Notes under the pieces: generated by a model
Seen by the model: only the letters and a program-made list of their open reading frames with translations
Database searches by the model: none
Told to the model about the DNA's origin: nothing
Source of the DNA: a virus
Length of the DNA: 64,000 bases
IMG/VR virus record: IMGVR_UViG_3300034069_001746
Strand: one strand, 5' to 3'
Shown: in pieces, positions 29,377 through 38,560 of the stretch
Numbering within the stretch: position 1 is the stretch's first letter
How the letters are laid out: each line of letters starts with the position of its first letter
Program-made: the position numbers and the translations under genes

Positions 29377-30320
29377 CCGCAGAGCCGCTAATTTCTCAGC
29401 AATTTAAATCACCTAATAAGTTTTTATGGTTGATCAAGACGTATTTGGATCTTATCACAAGAGATGATCCGTTGGTCTATGGTGTTGGTTTAAAGCGGCT
29501 TTTTGTGATGAAGTCTGGTGTCGTCACGTTAAACGATGACGACATTCAGGCTATTACTGCAAAAGCCGAGCGTCTCAAACTGATTCCTGGTAACTTGTCC
29601 ACTTTCACCACCCAGTGCGTGGTCAAGAATCTAGAACTATACGGTAAAGAACTACTGCGTCTTATTCAAAAGCGTATTGTGGGCATTGCTAACGGGGAGA
29701 TCAGGAATCCTGATCCCTTGTTCAAGTTTAGTGCCGAAGAAGCAAGACGCTATTATTACATTCCCCCTGTTAACTTTGTTCAACGCTTGCAACGAGCGTT
29801 GGTGCAAGATATCGACCTTAGAGGTCGTTATGCTTCTTCTGTTCCTGCCTCCGTCACCTTACAAGATATCGCCGATGACAGCGATATCTTGCTGACCCGT
29901 ATGCAAATCTCAGAAGGTCATCTAGCCCCTAGTGAGACGTCTTGGGGTGCTTTAACTAAATGCATGGAACAGTTGATCGATATCTTGGAAGCCGAATCAG
30001 GTTATGATGTAGCGGATCAAAACTACAAGCTACGCGCTAGACCTTGTTTAAAGATCTTGTGGTTTATTGGGAAGCTTCTCTTGGGTGACTTGTCCCCTCA
30101 GCCTCCTCGGCGCGACCTGAATTTGGTAGATTTGGATAGTAAGCTTAATTTCACTGATGGAACGCTGGCCTCGATTCCTTTTCCCTTACCGCAAACCGTG
30201 GAACTCTTTTCTGATTTCGATGGTCAGAATAAGAGTGGTGTTTCCATGAAGGGACGTTTCTATCTTGCCGCTGTTGCTGCAGCTGCTTTTTATCAAAATG
30301 ATCCAGAAGATAATGTGTAA
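29373..30320 (+). CDS. hypothetical protein
   Basis: GTG start coupled to upstream stop. Confidence 0.6.
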   Translation: MTAEPLISQQFKSPNKFLWLIKTYLDLITRDDPLVYGVGLKRLFVMKSGVVTLNDDDIQAITAKAERLKLIPGNLSTFTTQCVVKNLELYGKELLRLIQKRIVGIANGEIRNPDPLFKFSAEEARRYYYIPPVNFVQRLQRALVQDIDLRGRYASSVPASVTLQDIADDSDILLTRMQISEGHLAPSETSWGALTKCMEQLIDILEAESGYDVADQNYKLRARPCLKILWFIGKLLLGDLSPQPPRRDLNLVDLDSKLNFTDGTLASIPFPLPQTVELFSDFDGQNKSGVSMKGRFYLAAVAAAAFYQNDPEDNV

Positions 30321-30360
30321 TCTTTTTTCTCGATCAGGTGGTTAAATAAAGGATAACGCA

Positions 30361-31587
30361 ATGGGTATTTTTACTCAATCACTAAACCTCGGTAGTGAGG
30401 GTAATCAGGAAATTATTACTACTGAATCTGCTGTGGAAAGCATGATTCATGAAGAAACAACTTCTGAAGCACCAGCCACGGAAGTGTTTAGTCAGGTAGA
30501 CGAGGCTGGTGCTTCAATAGAGCAGGATACGAGCGATGCTGTGGTTGGTCAAACAATGACCTTCAAACGTCCGGCATCTGCTAAGACGTACCAGGTCATT
30601 AATCAGCTTGATCGTTTCCGTCGTCACGACCGTTGTGTACAGGCGCTACATACTAGTCTTGACCAGCTTCAGTTGGTTACCAGCCTAGCTCAGGTTGCTA
30701 AAGAACGCAACCTCTCTGAGCCTTTGGTGGCAGCTTTCACAGCTGTTCCAGGGTTTAGTGCAGCACTGGAGAGCTTTCCGTCACAGGACGTGTTTAACGT
30801 TATTCCCGAACACTCCACTACCCCTAATAATGTTTTGGGGTTGGAAGCCTTTGACACGGCAACAACCGCGTCGCTTGGTACTCTTGCAACACGTACCACT
30901 GATATGGTCAATGCCTTTGGGGCAACCTTAAATGGGTTGACGGTAACAGTGGATAGTCTGATGGGTCAGCTTCATGATGATCGTGAGGATCTTGACCGTT
31001 CGGACATGACCAATGATGTCATGCAGGATCTACCTGTTATGACGATGTCCAAAGACGCTTTTGCTACGGTGCTGGACAATATTGAACAGCATCTGCGGGC
31101 AGTGGAAACCTTCTCTTCTGATCAGCTACGCGCAAATCCTGAGCAGATCAAAAATGAAGTTGAAGGCATTCAGAACCTGGTAACCCAGCTGGGACAAGTG
31201 TTGGGTTTGGCAATGGGTGATCATGGTTTGGTTGAATCGGATAAAGGTGGTGACTATCAGCCTTCACCTGGATCATTCGGTGACAAGCAAATTGACAAGG
31301 AAGGCTTGGTCTTCTTGCTGAGCAAGGCCGATAGCGTACTTGATGCACTCAAGGCTATTGCCGAGCGTAAAGACGATCTAGTGGCTGCCATGAGTGCTGA
31401 AGCTGGTGATATGCCAACCGCCCTTGACAGTGATGATGTGACGTATGGTTGTACAGAGCACGTTACGTTGATGAGCTGTTATTCAACCTATGTCACTAAA
31501 CTGGTACGCGAAGCAGTGCTCTCGGTCTCGATGCTCTTGTCCACTGTGGACTCGGTACTTGACATCAATGATGGTCTGGATGCGTAA
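30361..31587 (+). CDS. probable internal head protein with acidic propeptide
   Basis: Acidic N-terminus with several S/A/G-x-E sites (GSE, AVE, ALE, GLE). Confidence 0.6.
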   Translation: MGIFTQSLNLGSEGNQEIITTESAVESMIHEETTSEAPATEVFSQVDEAGASIEQDTSDAVVGQTMTFKRPASAKTYQVINQLDRFRRHDRCVQALHTSLDQLQLVTSLAQVAKERNLSEPLVAAFTAVPGFSAALESFPSQDVFNVIPEHSTTPNNVLGLEAFDTATTASLGTLATRTTDMVNAFGATLNGLTVTVDSLMGQLHDDREDLDRSDMTNDVMQDLPVMTMSKDAFATVLDNIEQHLRAVETFSSDQLRANPEQIKNEVEGIQNLVTQLGQVLGLAMGDHGLVESDKGGDYQPSPGSFGDKQIDKEGLVFLLSKADSVLDALKAIAERKDDLVAAMSAEAGDMPTALDSDDVTYGCTEHVTLMSCYSTYVTKLVREAVLSVSMLLSTVDSVLDINDGLDA

Positions 31588-31627
31588 CATGGCTCATGAT
31601 TCTGGTGCAGATAGCTGACATAAAAAA

Positions 31628-31659
31628 GAAACTGGGAGGCCTCACGGTCTTCCAGTTTC
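31628..31659 (+). terminator. terminator-like hairpin
   Basis: GAAACTGGGAGGCC-TCAC-GGTCTTCCAGTTTC. Confidence 0.6.
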
Positions 31660-31697
31660 CTTCTATGATGTGACTAGCCCGCTTATCCACAAAGGAT

Positions 31698-33080
31698 ATG
31701 TTTATGACGTCTTTAGTTGCTTTGGAATCGCTTGATCAGCGAGGAAAAACGCCTTTCTTTTTAGATCTTATTAAGCTGTATCAAGAATCGTTTGATGATG
31801 TAGCCAAGCTTAAAACTGCCACATCAGGAGATATTGTTTTAACTCTTAAAGCAATGAATTTCAAAGACCGTGTTAGAAAGATCTTTTTAAAACACATGGG
31901 GATCTCTCTTTCAAGGGTAACAGTTGAAGAAGCGGTTGATCCAAATTTGGTATGTTGGTTACTTTGCTCTCCTGTTTTTGATAAAACAACTAAGATAAAG
32001 TCCAGTGGTCAAATGATGACCATGATCGACCAATTGTACAATAACAAGACAGGTAAGTATGACAACACAAATCGAACAGCTCAAGCCTATCGTTTTGGTT
32101 TGTCGGTGTACACATCACTATGGACTCTGAAAAATAAAGATGGTAGTTTCTACCTTACAGCTGAAGAACTAGCTGCTGCTACTTTACACGAAGCAGGGCA
32201 TGTTGATCATTTTATTAGAAACAGTAAACGTGTTTATGCTGACACCGTAGATGCTAGTGAAATCGTTGACTATGTCTACAACAATCCTGACAAAGAGGTT
32301 ATTTTAAAGTTACTAGCTGGTGTTAAACAATCCAAGTATTTAGATAAAAGTTGGCAACCCGTTATTGGGGCAACTGAGGCCTACTTCACCACCAGTAATT
32401 CACTAGACAGCAAAGAGTATTATGAAGCATTAACTACTCTTTGTGCTCTTGTAACCTCAGAAATCGCTGATTTTAGTTTAGCCCAATTTAACAACACGTA
32501 TCACATTTTGGGTCCGGCAGAAAGAGTTGTTGAGACCCGCCTTATTAATGTTGACGTTGAACGATCTGCCGACGAATTTGCTGTCCGAAATGGCGCTTAT
32601 CACGCCCTTACCACTATGCTTGGTAAACTAACTCAGTTGACAACCACACGCTCTTCTGTTCTTCTTAAACAATTTATGTGGTCATCTCCGGCAACATTAG
32701 CTGGCTATCTAACTTATTTTACATCATTATTCAATGTTGCAGCAGAAGATATTGCTAATGGGTATGATCCTCTTATTAGACGCCTGGAACTTATTGTTGA
32801 AACAGCAAAACATGCTTTTAGTAATCTTGATTTATCTGATGAACTAAAAGAAGAATTTCGTCAACAGATTATTGAATCAGAGAAATATATCAAGATGTAT
32901 AAATCTACCAATCATCAACTCATCCGCTCAAGACTAAAATCTTGGAAAGAGGACATTGGTCGATTTGGTAGAATTATCGCGTCCCCTGTTCAAAACAGAT
33001 TAACGCAAGACTACGAACGTCTTCAGGACGCTAACAGAAGCTTGTCACGGCATAGCTTGTACTACCTGGCTAATAAGTAA
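31698..33080 (+). CDS. virion zincin-like metallopeptidase (HExxH)
   Basis: EELAAATLHEAGH followed by ERSADEFA; N-terminal ALE site. Confidence 0.7.
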   Translation: MFMTSLVALESLDQRGKTPFFLDLIKLYQESFDDVAKLKTATSGDIVLTLKAMNFKDRVRKIFLKHMGISLSRVTVEEAVDPNLVCWLLCSPVFDKTTKIKSSGQMMTMIDQLYNNKTGKYDNTNRTAQAYRFGLSVYTSLWTLKNKDGSFYLTAEELAAATLHEAGHVDHFIRNSKRVYADTVDASEIVDYVYNNPDKEVILKLLAGVKQSKYLDKSWQPVIGATEAYFTTSNSLDSKEYYEALTTLCALVTSEIADFSLAQFNNTYHILGPAERVVETRLINVDVERSADEFAVRNGAYHALTTMLGKLTQLTTTRSSVLLKQFMWSSPATLAGYLTYFTSLFNVAAEDIANGYDPLIRRLELIVETAKHAFSNLDLSDELKEEFRQQIIESEKYIKMYKSTNHQLIRSRLKSWKEDIGRFGRIIASPVQNRLTQDYERLQDANRSLSRHSLYYLANK

Positions 33081-33087
33081 CAGCAGT

Positions 33088-33119
33088 GATCTAGGGAGGC
33101 TTGTAGGCCTCCCTAGATC
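33088..33119. terminator. bidirectional terminator
   Basis: GATCTAGGGAGGC/GCCTCCCTAGATC between convergent genes. Confidence 0.75.
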
Positions 33120-33127
33120 CATTGTGG

Positions 33128-33535
33128 TTAAGAGATTACCTTACAGAAATATCCAGCACTTGCAAGCAGTGACAGAATCGTTTGGGTGTTGTTGTTAGGA
33201 TCATCCACTAAAAGCTTAACCTGATTACCTAGGGCAATCACATTAAGTGAACCAGGGGTGATCCATTCCTGGGCAAACACCTGCATGGTGGGAGAGGTTG
33301 AGCTATTGTCAACAGTGATAACAAAATAAGTAAGAAGGCTTAAATCTGAAGGAACGGTTGGATCCGATTGTCGCACTGCTTCATTATACGCTGCAGGATT
33401 TATGCGATCTTGAATAGCTCGGTAGGTACCGATTAGCTCTAAGGTTCCCTGCCAAAAAACAGGATCATTTACGTTCTTGGATCGAAAGGATATTACCTGT
33501 CCTTCCGTAATATCTCTGATAGAAGAAAAAGCCAT
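33128..33535 (-). CDS. hypothetical/virion protein (start ATG 33535)
   Basis: Track ORF 33128..33619 trimmed to remove the overlap with the chaperonin gene. Confidence 0.6.
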   Translation of the reverse strand: MAFSSIRDITEGQVISFRSKNVNDPVFWQGTLELIGTYRAIQDRINPAAYNEAVRQSDPTVPSDLSLLTYFVITVDNSSTSPTMQVFAQEWITPGSLNVIALGNQVKLLVDDPNNNTQTILSLLASAGYFCKVIS

Positions 33536-33557
33536 AAAGAATATCCTGTAAAAAAGG

Positions 33558-35453
33558 TTAGCGAACGCTAGCAGCGTCTGCTGGGTTAAGGCGCATATCC
33601 ACAAGGTGAGTGGTTTCACTCAAACGAGGCAGAATATCACGACAGCGTTTTAGTTGTTCTTCAAAACCAGCATAGGCTTGCAAGAGAATGGGAGAACCTT
33701 GGGTGCGACTAATGAAATAAGGAAGTTGAAGTTCCAGATCACCCACGGTGAGATAATGGAACGGTTCTGCTTCTGCATTGTACCCCTTAGGATCAGCGGC
33801 AAGATACGTCCAGGGTGTAACCAAAGCATTCGCCAATTTGTCACTAACATAAGGATCGGTGGGATTGTGACGCAGGGAATCTTCTACGATGCGTAAGAAA
33901 GCCCCTGCAAACAAATGACTCAGCACGCCTTTACGAGCCCTACAGAGGTTATAGAGATGTCCATAACCTCCCAGTACCACTCCTTCATTAACAGCGCTCA
34001 GAGCAGCTCCTATGGCATCCTCATAGACAGTACGATTAGCGTATTGATCGTGACTAGAACCGCCAATCTTGATATCGTAGATGGTCTGAGTGGTAAGGGC
34101 ACGGTATAGCGAAATCAGATAGGTTACTTCATCATGATCAAGCGCTTGATTGGTGACATTGGCCTGAGCAAATTCGATTAACTCTTCCGTTTCTTTTACA
34201 AAGTCAGTGTAAGGCTTAAAGAGGTCAGGCTCTCGATAAAACAGATGATACACTTCCTCGTCTTTTTCGTAAAGATTAGACAAGGTTAAGGTGTTACCAA
34301 GCAGATGAGCTTTTAGCGCAGGTCCATCTAGACCAACAAGACACAACACTGGATCCATCATGACATCACTAAACAAATAGCTGCCGGCCATGTAATGAAT
34401 CGTTTTGTCTAGGCTGGTGCGCATCCGGGGATGACAATGGGTATTGAACCAAGAGATCTTAATGGTCGGATTCTGATTGTTGAAGTCTTTAATGGCTTGA
34501 ATCAGTTCGGGGTCACTCAGCATCGGGGTTAGAATAAGGAGGTTCTTAATCCCTCCATGATATTCCTCCCACCCTTTAGTATCACCAAATTCAGACAAGT
34601 TAACGCGCTTGTTAGCTTTGGTGGAAATAAAAGACGTAAGAAACAAAGATTCCCAACTATCAATAACGACCTCATTGGCTGTTGAGAAAATCACAGCGTT
34701 TTCTGATAAGTACTGAGTATCGCTTTTGTAATTGTAATCTTGCACATTACCAAGATTAGCGCTAATCGCTAGATCATAGGCTTGCTTTTCAAGGATGTAT
34801 TTTTCTTTGGTCTCAATCGCAAGAGGACTATCTTTAAACATCCCGTAGATAGTCTTGGGAGAAGACTTGATGATTTCTGAAATTTTCCACGCAAGATCTC
34901 GGTCTCCTTTGGATGAAATCATGGCCATATGGTAAGCTATTGCAGCTCTAACCTCTTCAGGCTTAGTATCCATCCCACGACTTTGACAACTAGCCAACAA
35001 GATTTCTTCAGTGATCTTGAAATCAGCGATTCGTTCCAAGCAGAAATCAAGCACCTCTTCAACCCCGCGTGCCCAAGTATAGCGATCAGCAGACAGGTAT
35101 TCTGCATCCATGTGTTTTAAAGCAATACAGGCTAATCGACAAAAAGCAAGCATCGATGTGGTGGTACCATCATGGCACCGGGCATCCACGCGTAAACCAA
35201 CAAAGCGCGCTTCACGTGCGGCAAGTCTAGCGCAAGGATCTTCTGACACAATCAAGTGCAACAGAATCTTAATACCATCTTTACTAAATTCATCTACATC
35301 GTTAATCTGACGCCAACGACTACCAATAAGAGCATTCGTCGCAAAAGGACCCGAATGATCAGAAAGAATACGATCAAGTTCTTCAAACGCCTGAATTAGT
35401 TTGACACGCAGTTCAGGAGCATTGGTAACATTGCCAAAAATATTGTCTGTCAT
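33558..35453 (-). CDS. groEL: phage-encoded GroEL-like chaperonin
   Basis: SGPFATNALI (GPxG-like), FSKDGIKIL, HDGTTTS, EDAIGAALSAVNEGVVLGG; start trimmed from 35522. Confidence 0.85.
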   Translation of the reverse strand: MTDNIFGNVTNAPELRVKLIQAFEELDRILSDHSGPFATNALIGSRWRQINDVDEFSKDGIKILLHLIVSEDPCARLAAREARFVGLRVDARCHDGTTTSMLAFCRLACIALKHMDAEYLSADRYTWARGVEEVLDFCLERIADFKITEEILLASCQSRGMDTKPEEVRAAIAYHMAMISSKGDRDLAWKISEIIKSSPKTIYGMFKDSPLAIETKEKYILEKQAYDLAISANLGNVQDYNYKSDTQYLSENAVIFSTANEVVIDSWESLFLTSFISTKANKRVNLSEFGDTKGWEEYHGGIKNLLILTPMLSDPELIQAIKDFNNQNPTIKISWFNTHCHPRMRTSLDKTIHYMAGSYLFSDVMMDPVLCLVGLDGPALKAHLLGNTLTLSNLYEKDEEVYHLFYREPDLFKPYTDFVKETEELIEFAQANVTNQALDHDEVTYLISLYRALTTQTIYDIKIGGSSHDQYANRTVYEDAIGAALSAVNEGVVLGGYGHLYNLCRARKGVLSHLFAGAFLRIVEDSLRHNPTDPYVSDKLANALVTPWTYLAADPKGYNAEAEPFHYLTVGDLELQLPYFISRTQGSPILLQAYAGFEEQLKRCRDILPRLSETTHLVDMRLNPADAASVR

Positions 35454-35475
35454 ATACGTTAAACCTGTACAAAAG

Positions 35476-35853
35476 TTAATTCGTGGTTGTCCATTGATAT
35501 CCTCTTCCATGAATGTTAACAAAAGGAAGAGGAATGTTATTCTGGATTAGGAATTTGCGAATACGGCAAATATAAACTTGGGTAAGACTGATGTAATCAC
35601 TTACATCATGTCCCCCTATCGCCCATCCGATTTGTTCTGCTTTAACTGGAACATTGCGCGCCGCTAACAAGTATAAAAGATGACTGTGCGTTTTATTGAT
35701 CTTAACATGCTTGTTGTTGTAAAAACTATTCTCTTTAGTAAGCCGCCAATGACCCCTTGTTATTTCTTTGGGATCTTTGTAAGGGAAACGGTGATTACAG
35801 CAAGGACAGGTCTGATAAACAATATCTTCATCCTCAACAAGACTTTCTACCAT
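35476..35853 (-). CDS. stand-alone OmpR/PhoB-type winged-helix protein (CtrA-like), with N-terminal CPCC motif and no receiver domain
   Basis: QVYICRIRKFL...NIHGRGYQW recognition helix and wing. Confidence 0.75.
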   Translation of the reverse strand: MVESLVEDEDIVYQTCPCCNHRFPYKDPKEITRGHWRLTKENSFYNNKHVKINKTHSHLLYLLAARNVPVKAEQIGWAIGGHDVSDYISLTQVYICRIRKFLIQNNIPLPFVNIHGRGYQWTTTN

Positions 35854-35941
35854 GAATAAATTCCTAAAAAAAGATAAAACAATTATCTCTCTTTTAACCA
35901 AGGAAACGAATCATATCTTTTTTACAAGCAATCGTGATAAA

Positions 35942-35976
35942 AATAACAATGGGAGGTGTTATCCCCCCATTGTTAT
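35942..35976 (-). terminator. hairpin between genes
   Basis: AATAACAATGGG/CCCATTGTTATT, 12-bp stem. Confidence 0.55.
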
Positions 35977-35985
35977 TAAAGAGGT

Positions 35986-36528
35986 TTATTCAACAATAGA
36001 AGAAGTTTCATCCATCACAGTAGATTCGACCGTGGAACCCCTATAAAAGGGAATACCATTAACATTGAGCAAGGGGTCAAAGATGCGGTAGGTTTCTTTA
36101 CTAAGAGCTTTAATAAATTCCAAATCATCACCTATCTCAAGGTAATCAGGATTCCATCCAGCGTCCATCAATAGGGTAAAGAAAAAGGGAGTAAGCCAAA
36201 CGGTACCTCCTCGGCGGCGTACTGCCCACGCTAAAGCACCGGTGAGCGGATCTGTTCTCCAGAATCGATAAAGGAGCTCAATGTCACCGAACGTGATTTT
36301 TTCTTGATCAACACTTCCTGATAAAAACACACCGTTGAGAGGAAGTGCTACAATTAGTTCGTCGTAACCACTTGCCCCACGTCCTGCTACTTGGACAACG
36401 TCGTTGATCAGAAGAATACCCAAAGCTTTGGTGACATTAACCCAAGGTTTTAAACCGTGTGCAGTAGGGAGATGACCTTGTGTGGCACTATAGAGTTCAT
36501 CTGAGGCAAAATCATACGTGTAGGGCAT
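35986..36528 (-). CDS. hypothetical protein
   Basis: 180-aa ORF in a minus-strand operon. Confidence 0.65.
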   Translation of the reverse strand: MPYTYDFASDELYSATQGHLPTAHGLKPWVNVTKALGILLINDVVQVAGRGASGYDELIVALPLNGVFLSGSVDQEKITFGDIELLYRFWRTDPLTGALAWAVRRRGGTVWLTPFFFTLLMDAGWNPDYLEIGDDLEFIKALSKETYRIFDPLLNVNGIPFYRGSTVESTVMDETSSIVE

Positions 36529-36533
36529 GGACT

Positions 36534-37037
36534 TTATTCTTGTTGAGATTGTTGTTGAAGGAGATGTTCAATCACCTTCATTAACTGTTCTGTTGGATCA
36601 GGTTTCTTTTCTCGTACGGCTAACGATGAAGCAACATCACGAATGTAATACCATTCGTTAACGGGTAAACGCATGGCACTTTCATAGGTCAAGCCAAAAT
36701 ACTTAGCAATGGGGTAATCGGCGAAAGCTTGTACTACCCCTTCGTAGAATGAAGGGTAGGTATCAAACACGGGTTGCGTGCTATTGGTACGAGGATCAAA
36801 CCTTGTACCCACTCCGATGACCCGATTGTTAACAGATCCTTCGAGTATTTCCATCTTAAGTTGCGCTTTATTGAAACTGCGCAAAATAAGTTCACGTTGA
36901 AGGGTTGACGATATTTCGTCAAGACTGTTAGGAAGCTTGGTAAGAACATCGTCCCATAAACGCTGAAAGGCGTTTCGGTATTCATCAGAGTCTAGGCGCT
37001 CTTCATCAAATACTGAAACGCTATGATAAAAAAAGCG
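36534..37037 (-). CDS. C-terminal extension (-1 frame) of a tail-assembly-chaperone-like protein
   Basis: Frame open from 37037 to the stop at 36534; no ATG start near its 5' end; YPIAKYFGLTYESAMRLP..W motif resembles GT-type extensions. Confidence 0.7.
   Translation of the reverse strand, partial: RFFYHSVSVFDEERLDSDEYRNAFQRLWDDVLTKLPNSLDEISSTLQRELILRSFNKAQLKMEILEGSVNNRVIGVGTRFDPRTNSTQPVFDTYPSFYEGVVQAFADYPIAKYFGLTYESAMRLPVNEWYYIRDVASSLAVREKKPDPTEQLMKVIEHLLQQQSQQE
36970..37034 (-). promoter_or_regulatory. -1 programmed ribosomal frameshift cassette
   Basis: U UUU UUU at 37034-37028; 6-nt spacer; stem GCGUUUCAGUAUU (37021-37009)/AAUACCGAAACGC (36982-36970), 12 of 13 paired. Confidence 0.75.
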
Positions 37038-38560
37038 CTAAAAGGATCAAAGCTGATCATTCCTGAAGGCGTATCAGCGGTATACCCACAAACAACACAC
37101 GGGGTTGATGGGTAACCGACATAGGTTAGCTGAGCTTTATTGATGTAGGCGCGCAGGGTGTCGTAAAGCTTGAGTTCGTCTTGACGCTGATCAAGTTTTT
37201 CAAGTTCCCGCGTGATCTGTTTAACATCAGTCGTTCGCACCGCTTTGTCACTGTTCTCCAGCTTCTTTTCAACCGCTGCAATCCAAGGAAGAAAGGTACG
37301 AATATAACGAAGACCGAATTGTTCTAATCGTCCTTCGTTGTTGTCACCTTCAATTTCATTGATGATGTCGGCGATGAACTGCTTACCAGCATCAAGATGT
37401 TCTGCAATTGACGGGATCCGCATGGTAAAGCTGATGGTTGAATTACCGGAAGGAAAGCTGATCTTTTCGCCTTCAATGCCTAAGCCTGATTGGTATTCAG
37501 CAATCTTACCAATACCAAAACTTGCATTAGGTTGCATGGCCCCCACTAAATGCGTGATGGCTGCTTCTGGTAAGGCGGCTTTACGCGTCAGAATCAAACT
37601 AGAAATGTTGATCTTTAACTCTTCCACGTGGTTACACATCGTACCATCGTCACGCGCTGGTCGTGTGCAGCGTACCAGGAATCCGTCAAATCCTTTGGGG
37701 TAGATGATGTGGGCAAGCGTGGCCATAATCGCGGCTAGATCAGGTAGTTTGATGGCTGCCCACAACTTACCGCGTTTACGCCATTCGTTGTACGAAGAGT
37801 TGATAATCAGCGGTTGCAAGAAGGTCAGTAATTGATTCTTGTTGACCACATTGTTGTAGGTAAAATACTGACCTCCATTAGCGGTACCCAATTCCCGTTC
37901 ACTAGCAACAATGTTAGCAAACATCGTCTGCAAATCATTACCGGTGGGAACAATCACATCGATCGTAAAACCAGAATTGTAAAGAGGAATACGGTAACCG
38001 CCTCCTTTATCGAGGCATTCAAAAGCAAGCAAGGCTTCACCGCCGCTGACGGTTTTTACCTCACCAGCCTTTACTGACTGAATGATGTTACCGGTTTGAA
38101 GAATAACCTTCCCGTCGTTGTTGCGAATCTTGGAGACCAAAAGAGTGCGTTCTTCTGGTGATAGACTAGCCAGTGCTTCTTCGATACGAAGTTGTTCGGG
38201 TTCAGGTTCTAGAATATTACGAAAGATTAGATTCTCCCATGACCCTGTAGTGTGAACCCGTTTATCGAGTTCGGCTGCACCAAGCAAGGCTTCATCTTGT
38301 GCCATGAGAGCAACGAGCTGTTCTTGCGATTCACCACGCAGATCAATCTTGTCTTCAGGATAGTTAATCTCATCAGGTGTATCAACAAGACTAGGCTCGT
38401 TGACATCAAAAGAAGCATCAACACTTCCCTCGCCGTCGGGAATAATGTCAGCAATCACATCTTCTTCTGATAGTGTTTCCTCCTGATCGTCAGAGGGAAC
38501 AGGTTGCCAAATATTACCGTCATCGTCGTCAGGGGTCGGGGGGTTAGGATTGTCACTCAT
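36992..38560 (-). CDS. tail assembly chaperone / baseplate-hub-assembly-like protein (522 aa)
   Basis: ATG 38560 coupled to upstream stop; acidic N-terminus; C-terminal CxxC then FDPFSAFF at the slippery site. Confidence 0.7.
   Translation of the reverse strand: MSDNPNPPTPDDDDGNIWQPVPSDDQEETLSEEDVIADIIPDGEGSVDASFDVNEPSLVDTPDEINYPEDKIDLRGESQEQLVALMAQDEALLGAAELDKRVHTTGSWENLIFRNILEPEPEQLRIEEALASLSPEERTLLVSKIRNNDGKVILQTGNIIQSVKAGEVKTVSGGEALLAFECLDKGGGYRIPLYNSGFTIDVIVPTGNDLQTMFANIVASERELGTANGGQYFTYNNVVNKNQLLTFLQPLIINSSYNEWRKRGKLWAAIKLPDLAAIMATLAHIIYPKGFDGFLVRCTRPARDDGTMCNHVEELKINISSLILTRKAALPEAAITHLVGAMQPNASFGIGKIAEYQSGLGIEGEKISFPSGNSTISFTMRIPSIAEHLDAGKQFIADIINEIEGDNNEGRLEQFGLRYIRTFLPWIAAVEKKLENSDKAVRTTDVKQITRELEKLDQRQDELKLYDTLRAYINKAQLTYVGYPSTPCVVCGYTADTPSGMISFDPFSAFFIIAFQYLMKSA

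Noticed and set aside
36734-36985. 83-aa ORF as the real gene downstream of the chaperone
   Set aside because: It overlaps the longer -1 frame that carries the conserved C-terminal motif and is supported by the slippery site and stem.
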